A stretch of DNA of 64,000 nt, taken from a virus. A model generated the notes under the pieces. That model ran no database searches. It was not told the origin of the DNA and saw nothing but the letters and a program-made list of their open reading frames with translations. The translations under genes and the position numbers were made by a program. Position 1 is the first letter of the stretch; the number at the start of each line of letters is the position of its first letter. The stretch spans positions 27,499 through 91,498 of IMG/VR virus record IMGVR_UViG_3300019776_000550. The stretch is one strand, 5' to 3'. Below, one piece after another: positions 37,642 to 48,500 of the stretch.

Positions 37642-38574
37642 ATGAACGCACAATTGTTTCTAGTAAATAGCGTTAGTACAAATAAAGCTATTGAAACTTT
37701 ATCTCCAAATGAATTAGGAATTTATGGTTTGGATAGTGTTAATATGCAAACTATCAATGCTTCTTCTACTAGTAAAGTAGATGCTCTTTATCTAGGTCTT
37801 GGTAAAGTTAGTGGAGGAGCTTGGTTAAGTCGCCATGTTCAAAGTCCTCGTAATCGTAATTTTGAACTTCGTAAATTTCCTTATCGTGATGCTGTTAAAC
37901 AAGTTAAAGTAGCTTCTATTAACTGTTTGGGTACTTCACCTTATGATGAATTTATCCTAAAGATTAGTACAAGGGCTGCTTATGAAGGTTTTCATGGACT
38001 AGCTTATTACACAAAATCATTTAGTGTAACAGGTAAATTTGCAAATGCAACAGCTCTTTATACAGCTCTTGCAAATGAACTTACAACTACTATTGCTGAT
38101 GGATTTATTGATAGTGTTGTTCCAACATCAACTGGTATTCAAATTGTAGCTAAAGTAGGTCAAGTACTTGATGTATCTTTGGTTATGATTCGCGATGAAG
38201 CAGATACTTGTAATCCATGTATTACATGTGAAGCAGTTGTTACTACTCTTAATGCAGGAGATACTGGTTCAGGTACTTATCAACATGTACTATCTATGCA
38301 AAAAGCTTGGGGTGTTTGGACAGGTAGAGGTTATATGACTGATAGAATGTTTAAACTTCCTAATGATGATTTTCCTATTAATCCTGCTACTAAATGGGAC
38401 TTGTACTACATGAAGTGGACTAATGAAAATCAACCTAATGAAGATAACGGTTCTGTTTTTAATGTTTATCAAGAGTATATGATTGCTGTACCACAAGGTA
38501 CTGATATGAGTTATTATGTACAAACTGTAGAAGGTATTACTGGTAAAACACATCTTATTACTACATCTGCCTAA
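37642..38574 (+). CDS. putative auxiliary capsid / structural protein
   Basis: Synteny; GSGTY..V motif and C-terminal IAVP. Confidence 0.55.
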   Translation: MNAQLFLVNSVSTNKAIETLSPNELGIYGLDSVNMQTINASSTSKVDALYLGLGKVSGGAWLSRHVQSPRNRNFELRKFPYRDAVKQVKVASINCLGTSPYDEFILKISTRAAYEGFHGLAYYTKSFSVTGKFANATALYTALANELTTTIADGFIDSVVPTSTGIQIVAKVGQVLDVSLVMIRDEADTCNPCITCEAVVTTLNAGDTGSGTYQHVLSMQKAWGVWTGRGYMTDRMFKLPNDDFPINPATKWDLYYMKWTNENQPNEDNGSVFNVYQEYMIAVPQGTDMSYYVQTVEGITGKTHLITTSA

Positions 38575-39227
38575 TGATTAATTTCAAATGTGAAGATAAT
38601 TGTGAAACACAACAACTTGATATTTGGGATAACAGTACAGAATTTGATTATCAAAAAGCTATTATTAAAATAGATGATATTCAATTTAAAAAAGAAATCA
38701 ATCAATCTACTAATCCTAGATTGATTGATTTTTTAAATCCAAATCTTAATACCAAGTTATCAGTTGATGTTAAAGATGATGGTCTTGTCAAAGTAGATTA
38801 TTATTTATTTAAATCAGTAGAAGCTGTTATATATGAAGTAGGTTCAAACATTGTTGCAGCACCTAACATATATAACAGCTTTATTGGTTTTGATTATATC
38901 TACATTGATGATGTGTATGAAATAGATAAATCTAAGAGTAGTACACACACGTTATTTTTAAAACAACCTGTTAAAGCAACTTCTTCATTATATTACAAAG
39001 GTAAAAAAGCTACTGATTATGTAGCTTATTTATGTAATACAAAAAAAGAAGTTACAAAAAGAGTTTTAAAATTAAGTGTTTGTAAGAATTGTGGTTGTGA
39101 GTATTCTGATTTGAGCAAATCTCTTATTCAGATTTCTCTAATGGGCAAAAGCAATAACATAACGTTAGATAATAAAAAAGCCATAGTTAAAGAATTACTT
39201 AATAGATATGGTACTGGAAAATGTTAA
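38574..39227 (+). CDS. structural-module protein
   Basis: ORF with CKNCGC. Confidence 0.65.
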   Translation: MINFKCEDNCETQQLDIWDNSTEFDYQKAIIKIDDIQFKKEINQSTNPRLIDFLNPNLNTKLSVDVKDDGLVKVDYYLFKSVEAVIYEVGSNIVAAPNIYNSFIGFDYIYIDDVYEIDKSKSSTHTLFLKQPVKATSSLYYKGKKATDYVAYLCNTKKEVTKRVLKLSVCKNCGCEYSDLSKSLIQISLMGKSNNITLDNKKAIVKELLNRYGTGKC

Positions 39228-39561
39228 CTTGCAACTACAACAATACTTATTAAGTTTATATGAGAAAGATATAAGCTTAAAAAAATATTTAATAAAAGAT
39301 AAAGAAATACAATGCAAAATATTTATCTTAGAATCACTATATCAAATTCATGACTGGCTTGTTTATAGTGATTTTGCTGCTTATACAGAATTAGTAAAGT
39401 CTATATGTGAAGATACAATAGAAGACAATAATCCTTTAGAAGTAGAAGTTCCTGTATCACCTTATCATTTTTTTGAAGAAGTTTGGGCTGGAGCTAATTA
39501 TTGTTGTGAACAATATGAAGAAGAATGGGAGGGTACTCAACCTATTTGTGAATTAACTTAA
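39208..39561 (+). CDS. hypothetical protein
   Basis: ORF. Confidence 0.55.
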   Translation: MVLENVNLQLQQYLLSLYEKDISLKKYLIKDKEIQCKIFILESLYQIHDWLVYSDFAAYTELVKSICEDTIEDNNPLEVEVPVSPYHFFEEVWAGANYCCEQYEEEWEGTQPICELT

Positions 39562-39576
39562 ATAAACTAACTAACT

Positions 39577-39735
39577 ATGACAAACTTAGAAGCATTGCAA
39601 ATCTTAGACAACATTGCTGCTCAAACAGCTTTAGTTCGCAAGGATGCTGTTTTAGTACAAACAGCTATTGATACACTAGCAAAACTGATTGCAAGTGTTG
39701 AAATTCCTGATAACCAATCAAATCAATCTGAATAA
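39577..39735 (+). CDS. small hypothetical protein (52 aa)
   Basis: Own translation MTNLEALQILDNIAAQTALVRKDAVLVQTAIDTL...; TAATG coupling. Confidence 0.6.
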   Translation: MTNLEALQILDNIAAQTALVRKDAVLVQTAIDTLAKLIASVEIPDNQSNQSE

Positions 39736-41216
39736 TGAATACTGGTAGAGTTATATATACACATCTAAGAAAGGTATATAAAGGGATTACCGATGAGTAT
39801 GGTAACTCTATTCCTGTATTAGATTGTTTTGGCAATGAAATTAAAAAGTGTAATGTAGAAGGTGATGTTGATTACATCCCTCCTACATTAAACCCTTTGT
39901 TGTGTCCTACAGATTTTCCTGTTACTACTACAGTTAATTTTACTACAACTACAAGTAATTTTACAACAACAGTAACAACCACAAGTAATGCAACAACTAC
40001 TGCAAATTGTAATTTCAATATCAATAGTGCTGATTTTGATTGTAGCAATCCATCTTATATAACAATAGAAGTAAATACAACAATAACTAGCGGAACAGTA
40101 AATGCATTGATTGTAAACACTGAAACTAGTATTACTAGAAATAACTTAACTGTTGTTAATGGGTCAGTTTATTTTAACTTACCTTATAGCATGGTAGGTG
40201 ATAATATTATAGAAATTAATTATATGGGTTGCACACGGTTAATTCAGTTAAGTATTTTGTGTAATAATATACTAAATTGCAATTTATTAAATATAATTTG
40301 CAATCAAAGTACTACATCTAGCACAAGTACGACTACAACTACAACATCATCAACGTCAACAACTTCAACAACGTCAACAACAGTTGATGTTACTTGTAAT
40401 TTGACATCAGTAACAGCATCTCAAATATTACCTAATCAAATAAAGATTGATTATGTTGGAACTAATGTTTCTAGTTGGAGTTGGCAAGTTTTACAATCAG
40501 GTACTATATTAGAAGCTGGAAATGTAACAAGCTGGACAGGAAATACATTTTATTTAAATTTACTGACTCCACTATGTAATGGTACATATACAGTTAAAAT
40601 TACACCTTCAAATTGTGCAACTTTATTTAAAGAAACATCAGTAACAATAACTGATAGTATATGTTGTACAGTAGCTATAACATCAGTAACTAATTTATCA
40701 CCTACTAAAACTAGAGTAGTTTATACAGTTACTGGAGTTGCTAATATTGATTGGGAAATTATAGAAGGAACAACATCTGTTCAAGCAGGTGCAGTAAATG
40801 TAGTTAGTGGTATTAATACAACTGAATTTGACCACGTACCTTTAGTTAATGGTAATTATGCATTTAAGTTAAGTAAAGGAGTAGCTTGTTTTGATACAGA
40901 AGCATTTGCTGTAAATACAACTACAGTTACACCTTGTTTATTTACATTAAATACACCAATTGTAACTTTAGCTAGTAGTGGTTTATCTTATGATTTTAAT
41001 ATTCCAATAAGTAATTCTCAACCTAATTATACTATTACAATATTTACAGAAAATATGTTATTAGTATCAGTGCAAGGTTCTCCTAATGGAGTATTTAGTT
41101 TGCTTAAAAACATGGGAGGTATTGATATAAGTAACAAAGTTCTTACTATTCAATTCTTATCTGAACCTGTAGGATGTACAAAATCTGTAGATGTAAATAT
41201 GGCAACAGTCTCTTAA
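39735..41216 (+). CDS. Cys-containing beta-domain protein with poly-Thr/Ser linkers
   Basis: Ig-like segments separated by T/S tracts. Confidence 0.75.
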   Translation: MNTGRVIYTHLRKVYKGITDEYGNSIPVLDCFGNEIKKCNVEGDVDYIPPTLNPLLCPTDFPVTTTVNFTTTTSNFTTTVTTTSNATTTANCNFNINSADFDCSNPSYITIEVNTTITSGTVNALIVNTETSITRNNLTVVNGSVYFNLPYSMVGDNIIEINYMGCTRLIQLSILCNNILNCNLLNIICNQSTTSSTSTTTTTTSSTSTTSTTSTTVDVTCNLTSVTASQILPNQIKIDYVGTNVSSWSWQVLQSGTILEAGNVTSWTGNTFYLNLLTPLCNGTYTVKITPSNCATLFKETSVTITDSICCTVAITSVTNLSPTKTRVVYTVTGVANIDWEIIEGTTSVQAGAVNVVSGINTTEFDHVPLVNGNYAFKLSKGVACFDTEAFAVNTTTVTPCLFTLNTPIVTLASSGLSYDFNIPISNSQPNYTITIFTENMLLVSVQGSPNGVFSLLKNMGGIDISNKVLTIQFLSEPVGCTKSVDVNMATVS

Positions 41217-41229
41217 ACAAAAAAAAGAA

Positions 41230-41946
41230 ATGAATTTACAACCTGTAGAAGTAGATAGTGCTGGTATTTATTGTATTAAGTTTTTAACTAGTGGAGATGT
41301 TGAATTAACTGGTTATAATCAAAATCAATGTCGAAATAGCACTACTATACCTGATGTAAACGGCAAGTTTATTGTAAGTTTTGATTTACCTAATGGAAAT
41401 TATATAATACCAAAAATAAGAGTGTATAAAGATTCTCTTGTTGGTTATTACAAAGATTTTTTAAATATAGCTGTAAATTGCGAACCTGTAACTACAAGTA
41501 CTTCTACAACAACAAGTACTTCTACAAGCACTTCTACTACAGTAACTACAACTGATGTTCCTACTACAAGTCCTCCTGTAGAAGGAGCATTAAAAGTTTT
41601 ATTATATGAAGCTGACACTAATGATGATAATTTCTTTCAATTATCAGTAACTCCAAATAACAATGGTACTTTTATAATTACTGATACAGGAAACAATCAA
41701 GGTTTAAAAGTTTATTATAAAATAAATGGAGCTTCTAATTTTACAGATGCAAGAACCTTATCATCTACACCAATACCTGGAAATGAAGAATTTCATATAA
41801 TTAAATATGGTTATGATGCATCTATTACAAATGTAAATGACCCTAATGACATTGGATGGAGAATGTATTATGATAGTACTAGTCCACTATCTTGTAAAAT
41901 TGCTAGTTATACAGCTTATATTGAAACAACTACACCTATTGCATAA
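41230..41946 (+). CDS. two-domain protein with Thr/Ser/Pro linker
   Basis: PVTTSTSTTTSTSTSTSTTVTTTDVPTTSPP. Confidence 0.75.
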   Translation: MNLQPVEVDSAGIYCIKFLTSGDVELTGYNQNQCRNSTTIPDVNGKFIVSFDLPNGNYIIPKIRVYKDSLVGYYKDFLNIAVNCEPVTTSTSTTTSTSTSTSTTVTTTDVPTTSPPVEGALKVLLYEADTNDDNFFQLSVTPNNNGTFIITDTGNNQGLKVYYKINGASNFTDARTLSSTPIPGNEEFHIIKYGYDASITNVNDPNDIGWRMYYDSTSPLSCKIASYTAYIETTTPIA

Positions 41947-44900
41947 TGCCTACACTTACTCAAATATTACAAGCTCCTCAATCTTTATGGACTAATGTAG
42001 TTCCTACAGATTTAAGTATATTTAATGATTTACCTGCTTTTTCTGTTGCTCCTAAAACTTATGGTAGTGGTAGCAACTTAGAAGATGAATCTGTTTTTAA
42101 CAAAAATAAAGTTAATGGTAATTTTGGTAATGGTTTTTTTCATACTTATTATGCTGGTGCAGTTGTAAGTTGGATGTCAGCTCTCGGTAAGAATAATCCT
42201 AATGGGGTACAAACATTTACAACTAACGAATTGAATAATTTAGTAGATACTTATATTGTAGGACAAGCTCCTGTTAATGCTAAATTTATCATTGTGGATT
42301 TTGAACCAGCCGACCCAACTAATCAAAGTTGGATGTGGGATTATGCACATTCTAATTTTAAAGCAACAATGGTAGCTATTGCACAACGAGTTGAAAGTGT
42401 GCATGGAAAGTATTTTTATGATTGGATTACAAATGAATTTAAATTTACATTTAATGGTGAAAATTATGATTTAAATGGAGCTAACAATGATGGATTTGCT
42501 AATAATAATAGTTCTACTAATAGTTCAGCAAAAATTTTAGCTGTACATAGAAATACAACAGGCGTAAGTAACATTATAAGTTCAACTATTAATCAAGTAG
42601 GTTTAGGTTATACTGCTATTACATATAATGCAGGTGCTAATTCTACAGGAATTTTAGATAATACTAAATGGAGAGGTGTTGAAAATACAGTACTTAAAAG
42701 TATTGACGGACTTTCTCTTAAAGCTAAACTTACACCTAATACTAAAACAGTAGCTTACTATTGGCCTTTAGAAGATAAACCTGTAAGTAATCCAGGACGA
42801 AGAAGTAATATTTATACTAAATTTAAACCCAATAGTAAAACATCAGCTTATCCTCAAAATTTAAGTGGTAAAGTTACTGTAAATGATAATAGGCTTACTT
42901 ATCCTTCTAATATTATAGAAGATAGTATTTTGGTACAAATGACATATCCAAACGTTATTCATGCTGAATACTGGTTACATGGAAGTAGTTATAATCCATA
43001 TGCTCAAATACGATATAGTAGCATAAATGGAAGTAGTACTTCTTGTATAGGAGGCTCTTTTAAGACAGGTAATTATCAAGGAAATGAATCTAGTTTACCA
43101 TGTCCTAGTGATTTAGGTGATTATATAGGTACTGAAAACAGAACTTTAACAGCGTTTATTAAAGGTGTTTATAGATATGCAGCTAGCGGAATCAAAGATG
43201 TTTTAAATGGTACACAAGTACAAGAAGTTTATCAATTTCAATATAAAAGAACTATAAACGGAGTTCTGCAAACTAATTTTAATACTTCTGTATTTGAAAA
43301 TCATACTGGACAAGCAGCTTTAGCTTGGGAACATTCACAACCTCTTTTGTTAGTTTGGAGAAAACCTAGTACAAATGAAAGAGTTATTATATTTTGGGAT
43401 GTTTTTGCAGATGCTTATGCACCTACTACATTTAAATTTAATATAGGAGCAACTGAATATACAGGTACAACAAAAGGTAATAGAGCTTATGTAGCTTATT
43501 TAGCAGATGGTGAAACAACTACTTTACCCGCAACTACAACAACAACTATTACAACAACTGTTGCTTCTGGACAATTAAACCCTGCAATAAGACCTTTTTC
43601 TGAAAGAAAAGTAGTTTGGAATGGTGCTGATATTAACAGTACAACTTTGTGGTATGATGCTATTAATCATGGAGTACAATGCTTTTCTTATTTAGATTTT
43701 TATTGGGGAATGATTGAAAGAACACAAGGTGTTTATAATTTTGATGAATTAGATTGGTTATTAAATAAGTTTAATAATGATGGAGTTAAATTAATTTTAA
43801 ATTTTAGAGCTGTAATGGCTACTCCTAATGCTATTAATCTTTGGACAATTCATAATAAAGTAGGAAACTCTTTTGTAACACAATCTTTATCACCAAGTAC
43901 TACATCGTATTTTCCTGAATCTTCTTATGATTTAGATAGATATGGCAATAAAGCTAATTATAATGCAAACTTAGGAGCTGCTGCATGTTTTGCTTATCAC
44001 GATACTTTTATAAGAAATAGATTTTTTGAGTATGTAGCACGAGTTTGTGATTATATTCATAACCATCCGCTTAAAGGAGTGGTAGAAGGTATAATGTTAA
44101 TTGACGGAGGTCTAACAGAAACTGGATTTAATGTTCAGTATGATGGTATAATGACTGATATAGGTTATAATGATAGTAATATTGCAGTATATAGAACTTT
44201 TTTACAAAGTAAATATGGTAGTATATCAAGTTTAAATTCAGCTTGGGGAAGTAATTTTGGTAGTTTTAATGAAATTAACAGAAGTAATATGCCAAAGACT
44301 GCTGATAATACTTATGATATGACATATAATGAAGGAGAAGGTCAAAGAGATTGGTACAGATTTAAACTTAAAACTCATAGAGAGTTTTATCAACAATTTG
44401 TAAATACAGTTAAAAATCCTTCATTGCAAGTAAATAGTTTAGCTACAGCAACAGGACTTAATACATTTGCTTATTTAACAGAAAACTTTAGTAGTGGTCA
44501 AGGTAGAACTTGGGGGGTTGCTGCATTTAGATATATGTATGAAATGTTTGATTGTTATTTCTCTTCTACAACATCAGGAACAAGTCCTAATCATACAAAT
44601 AGCTTCTTAGGTGATGTACAATTAAGAAACATGTTGCTTCTTGGTACATTTGGTAATAAACCAAGAGGACAAGAACAAGATAACGACCCTGTAGATTCAG
44701 CAACAGGTCAATCAAGAACAGCTAAACTTACTTTTGATACTGGTGCTAAATATACTATAGTAGCATTACAAAATGATTCTAATGCATGGTTAAGAAATGT
44801 ATTAAGTGATGATGGTGTTACAAGAACTTATAAAGAAGATGTTTTAAGAACTAAAACATTATATTGTACAAATCAAACACCTACTCCTATAACACCCGCT

Positions 44901-45056
44901 GTTACATTAAATTATTATGATGCTGATATTTTAACAGCTCCTCACAATCCTACTAATGTTGTAGAAGCTTGGAAAACAGCTACTAACATTAATAGCAATT
45001 CTAATGGAACAATGAGTCAAGTAGTAGCTATAAACTGTATTTCAAATCTTGTATAA
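41946..45056 (+). CDS. putative virion glycoside hydrolase (C-terminal GH42-like domain)
   Basis: WGMIE...G.YNFDELD and FLQSKYGSISSLNSAWG..F.SFNEI...DWYRF. Confidence 0.7.
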   Translation: MPTLTQILQAPQSLWTNVVPTDLSIFNDLPAFSVAPKTYGSGSNLEDESVFNKNKVNGNFGNGFFHTYYAGAVVSWMSALGKNNPNGVQTFTTNELNNLVDTYIVGQAPVNAKFIIVDFEPADPTNQSWMWDYAHSNFKATMVAIAQRVESVHGKYFYDWITNEFKFTFNGENYDLNGANNDGFANNNSSTNSSAKILAVHRNTTGVSNIISSTINQVGLGYTAITYNAGANSTGILDNTKWRGVENTVLKSIDGLSLKAKLTPNTKTVAYYWPLEDKPVSNPGRRSNIYTKFKPNSKTSAYPQNLSGKVTVNDNRLTYPSNIIEDSILVQMTYPNVIHAEYWLHGSSYNPYAQIRYSSINGSSTSCIGGSFKTGNYQGNESSLPCPSDLGDYIGTENRTLTAFIKGVYRYAASGIKDVLNGTQVQEVYQFQYKRTINGVLQTNFNTSVFENHTGQAALAWEHSQPLLLVWRKPSTNERVIIFWDVFADAYAPTTFKFNIGATEYTGTTKGNRAYVAYLADGETTTLPATTTTTITTTVASGQLNPAIRPFSERKVVWNGADINSTTLWYDAINHGVQCFSYLDFYWGMIERTQGVYNFDELDWLLNKFNNDGVKLILNFRAVMATPNAINLWTIHNKVGNSFVTQSLSPSTTSYFPESSYDLDRYGNKANYNANLGAAACFAYHDTFIRNRFFEYVARVCDYIHNHPLKGVVEGIMLIDGGLTETGFNVQYDGIMTDIGYNDSNIAVYRTFLQSKYGSISSLNSAWGSNFGSFNEINRSNMPKTADNTYDMTYNEGEGQRDWYRFKLKTHREFYQQFVNTVKNPSLQVNSLATATGLNTFAYLTENFSSGQGRTWGVAAFRYMYEMFDCYFSSTTSGTSPNHTNSFLGDVQLRNMLLLGTFGNKPRGQEQDNDPVDSATGQSRTAKLTFDTGAKYTIVALQNDSNAWLRNVLSDDGVTRTYKEDVLRTKTLYCTNQTPTPITPAVTLNYYDADILTAPHNPTNVVEAWKTATNINSNSNGTMSQVVAINCISNLV

Positions 45057-45077
45057 TGATATTAAAATAAATATAAA

Positions 45078-45563
45078 ATGAGTGTAACAACAACTACTGT
45101 ACCTCAACCAATTGCAACTAACCAAACAGCTACGTTTCCTATTGCAACTAGACAATCGTTGAATTTATCAACAGGTGATACTCCTTGTTCAGGAAGTTTT
45201 ACAAGTTATGCTGTTAAATCAAATTCTATTGTAGGATTAAGTAACATAACTCTAGTAGATAATATAGCATCTTTTGATGTAATAGGAGCTTTAGGTTATT
45301 TTATTAAGCAAATGTATTGCAATGGGATACTAGTTGCAGAAGCTGTTATTACTATTACAGGTACAGCTAATACAACTTTACCTTGTGGTTGTAATCCTTG
45401 TAACAATCAAGATGCTACTCCTATTTGGCAGTTTTTTAAACAAGTAGGTAGTAGTTATATTTATAAAGATATTAATAGTTGTTCACCTACATATGGTAGT
45501 GAACAATCTATGGGTAACTGTAATTCTTCTATACCTTTAAATAACTGTGGTTGCAGATGTTAA
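45078..45563 (+). CDS. Cys-rich structural-module protein
   Basis: CGCNPC, CGCRC, N-terminal TTTT. Confidence 0.7.
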   Translation: MSVTTTTVPQPIATNQTATFPIATRQSLNLSTGDTPCSGSFTSYAVKSNSIVGLSNITLVDNIASFDVIGALGYFIKQMYCNGILVAEAVITITGTANTTLPCGCNPCNNQDATPIWQFFKQVGSSYIYKDINSCSPTYGSEQSMGNCNSSIPLNNCGCRC

Positions 45564-48500
45564 ACAATTCTAACCAAATACATCAACTACAGACAGATGT
45601 CTGTTGTTTAAAAGATTTAATTAAATCTTTAGAAGCTAAAGTTAATAGTTCATGTTCTACTCCTTCATCATTAAAGATTAAGAATGATGGGATTGATATT
45701 ACACCTATTAATTTTAAAAGTCTTGATTTTATAGGAGATTTACAGGCTGCAAGTTACGGAAATGATGTAAAGATATTCGCTAATCTTACTAATGGGCAAG
45801 GTTCAGTGATTTCTGTAGCTGGAAAAACAGGAGCTGTAATACTCGATAAAACAGATGTTGGTTTAAATAATGTTGATAATACAACAGATTTATTAAAACC
45901 TATATCTACAGCTACACAAACTGCTTTAAATTTAAAACAGAACACTTTAGTAAGTGGAACTAATATAAAGACAATTAATGGACAAAGTCTGTTAGGTTCA
46001 GGTGATGTAACTATTTCAGCAGGAGGTGGAGGTACAGTAAGTTCTGTAGCACTAGACGTTCCTGTTGGATTTGCTGTATCGGGTAGTCCTATTACAACAA
46101 GTGGTATTATCGGATTGTCATTTGCAACAGGTTATTCGTTGCCTACTAATGCAAATCAATCTAATTGGACTAATGCTTATAACAATAGAATATCAGCGTT
46201 AACTACCAGTGGTAATTCAGGAGTTGCTACATTATCAAATAATACTTTAAATATTCCAAATTACACCTTAGCTGGTTTAGGAGGTCAACCTCTTAATTCT
46301 AATTTAACAACTATAGCTTCATTAACAGGTGCTAGTGGATTTTTAAAGACAAACGGTAGTGGAACATGGACAGTTGATACTAATAGCTATATTACAGGAA
46401 ATCAAAATATTACTTTAAGTGGACAAGCTATAGGTAGTGGCACAACTAATATAAGTATTACCTTAGACAATAATGCTGTAATAAATAAAGTATTAACAGG
46501 GTTTACTTCTGCTACAGGTACAATTTCAGCTACTGATAGTATACTTCAAGCAATACAAAAATTAGATGGTAACTTAGCTTCTGCAACAGCAGGGGGAATA
46601 AGTAGTGTTACAGGAACTCCAAATAGAATTACATCTACTGGAGGAAGCAATCCTATATTAGATATAAGCAGCAATTATGTAGGTCAAAGTAGCATTAATA
46701 CTTTAGGTACAGTCACTACAGGTGTTTGGAATGGCACATCTATTTCTGATACTTATATTAGCAGCGCATCAGTTTGGAATAGTAAACAATCAGGAATACA
46801 GTTTCAAGATGAAGGAGCTAATTTAGATTCTAGTGGTACAGTAAATACTGTTAATTTTACAGGAAACCATGTAACAGCTTCAAGAACTGGCAATGTATTA
46901 ACATTAGATTTTTCAGGAGGAGGTGGCAGTGGCACAACTAATTTATCATATACAGCTTCTTCAACGAATGGTATTGTAGTATCAGATACAGGAACAGATG
47001 CTACAATCCCATTAGGAAGTAGTACAAATGCAGGGTTAATCTCTCCATCACAAGTTGATAAATTAGGATTTATTTCAGTAACACAACCTGTTAACCTAGA
47101 CCAATTAGAAACAGATGTAGCTGCAAATAATGCTAAAGTAAGCAATGCTACTCACACAGGAGATGTAACAGGTAGTACAGTATTAACGTTAGCTACTGTT
47201 AACTCAAATATAGGAAACTTTAATACTGTTACAGTTAATGCTAAAGGTTTAGTAACTGCTGCAACTAATATTTCTTACTTAACAAGTAACCAAAACATAA
47301 CATTATTAGGAGAAGCTAGTGGAAGTGGCGCAACATCAATTGCTGTCACATTAAGTAACAGTGCTGTAATCAATAAAGTTCTTACAGGGTTTACATCAGC
47401 TACTGGTACTATACTTGCAACAGATACTATTCTACAAGCTATACAAAAACTTAACGGTAATTTAGCAGCAGCTACTGCTGGCGGAATATCTTCTGTTTCA
47501 GGTACTACAAATCGAATAACTTCTACAGGTGGTAGCAACCCTATACTTGACATTTCAGCTTCTTATGTAGGACAAACAAGCATTACAACACTTGGTACTG
47601 TTACAACAGGTACATGGAATGGAACTGCAATATCAGATTCTTATATTTCAAGTGCATCTACTTGGAACGCTAAGCAAACAGCTTATGCTAATTTAACAGC
47701 TATTGGTTCATTAGCAAATTCAGCAGGAGTACTTACAAATAATGGAACTGGTACATTTAGTTATACAACAGTAACAAGTAATGCTACACATACAGGAGAT
47801 GCTACAGGAGCAACTGCATTGACTGTAGTAGGTATCAATGGTACAAATTTAGCATCGTTAGGTACAGGTATTCTTAAAAATACAACTGGTACAGGAGTTC
47901 CAAGTATTGCTACAGCATCAGACTTTCCAACTTTAAATCAAAATACTACAGGAAGTGCCGCAACATTAGCTGTAGGAAGAACTATTTCTATAACAGGAGA
48001 TTTGACTTATACTTCTCCTGTTTTTAATGGAAGTACAAATATTACAGCAGTTGGTACATTAGCTACTGTAAATGCTAATATAGGTAGTTACGGTAGTAGT
48101 ACACAAGTAGCTACATTTACAGTAAATGCTAAAGGTTTAGTTACAGCAGCAGGAAGCGTTAATATATCATTAGCTGGATTAGGAGGACAAGCTCAATTAA
48201 GTGGAACAGGTTTCGTTAAAGTATCAGGAACTACTGTAACTTATGATAACAGTGTATATTTAACAGCTAATCAGAATATAACCCTATCTGGAGAAGCAAC
48301 AGGAAGCGGAACAACTTCTATAGGAGTAACATTAAGCAATAGTGCTGTAATTAACAAGGTACTTACTGGTTTTACTAGTTCTACTGGTACGATATTAGCT
48401 ACAGATACTATCTTACAAGCAATTCAGAAGTTAAATGGAAACTTAGCAGCAGCTACAGCAGGAGGTATTAGCAGCGTTAGTGGTACAACTAATAGAATTA

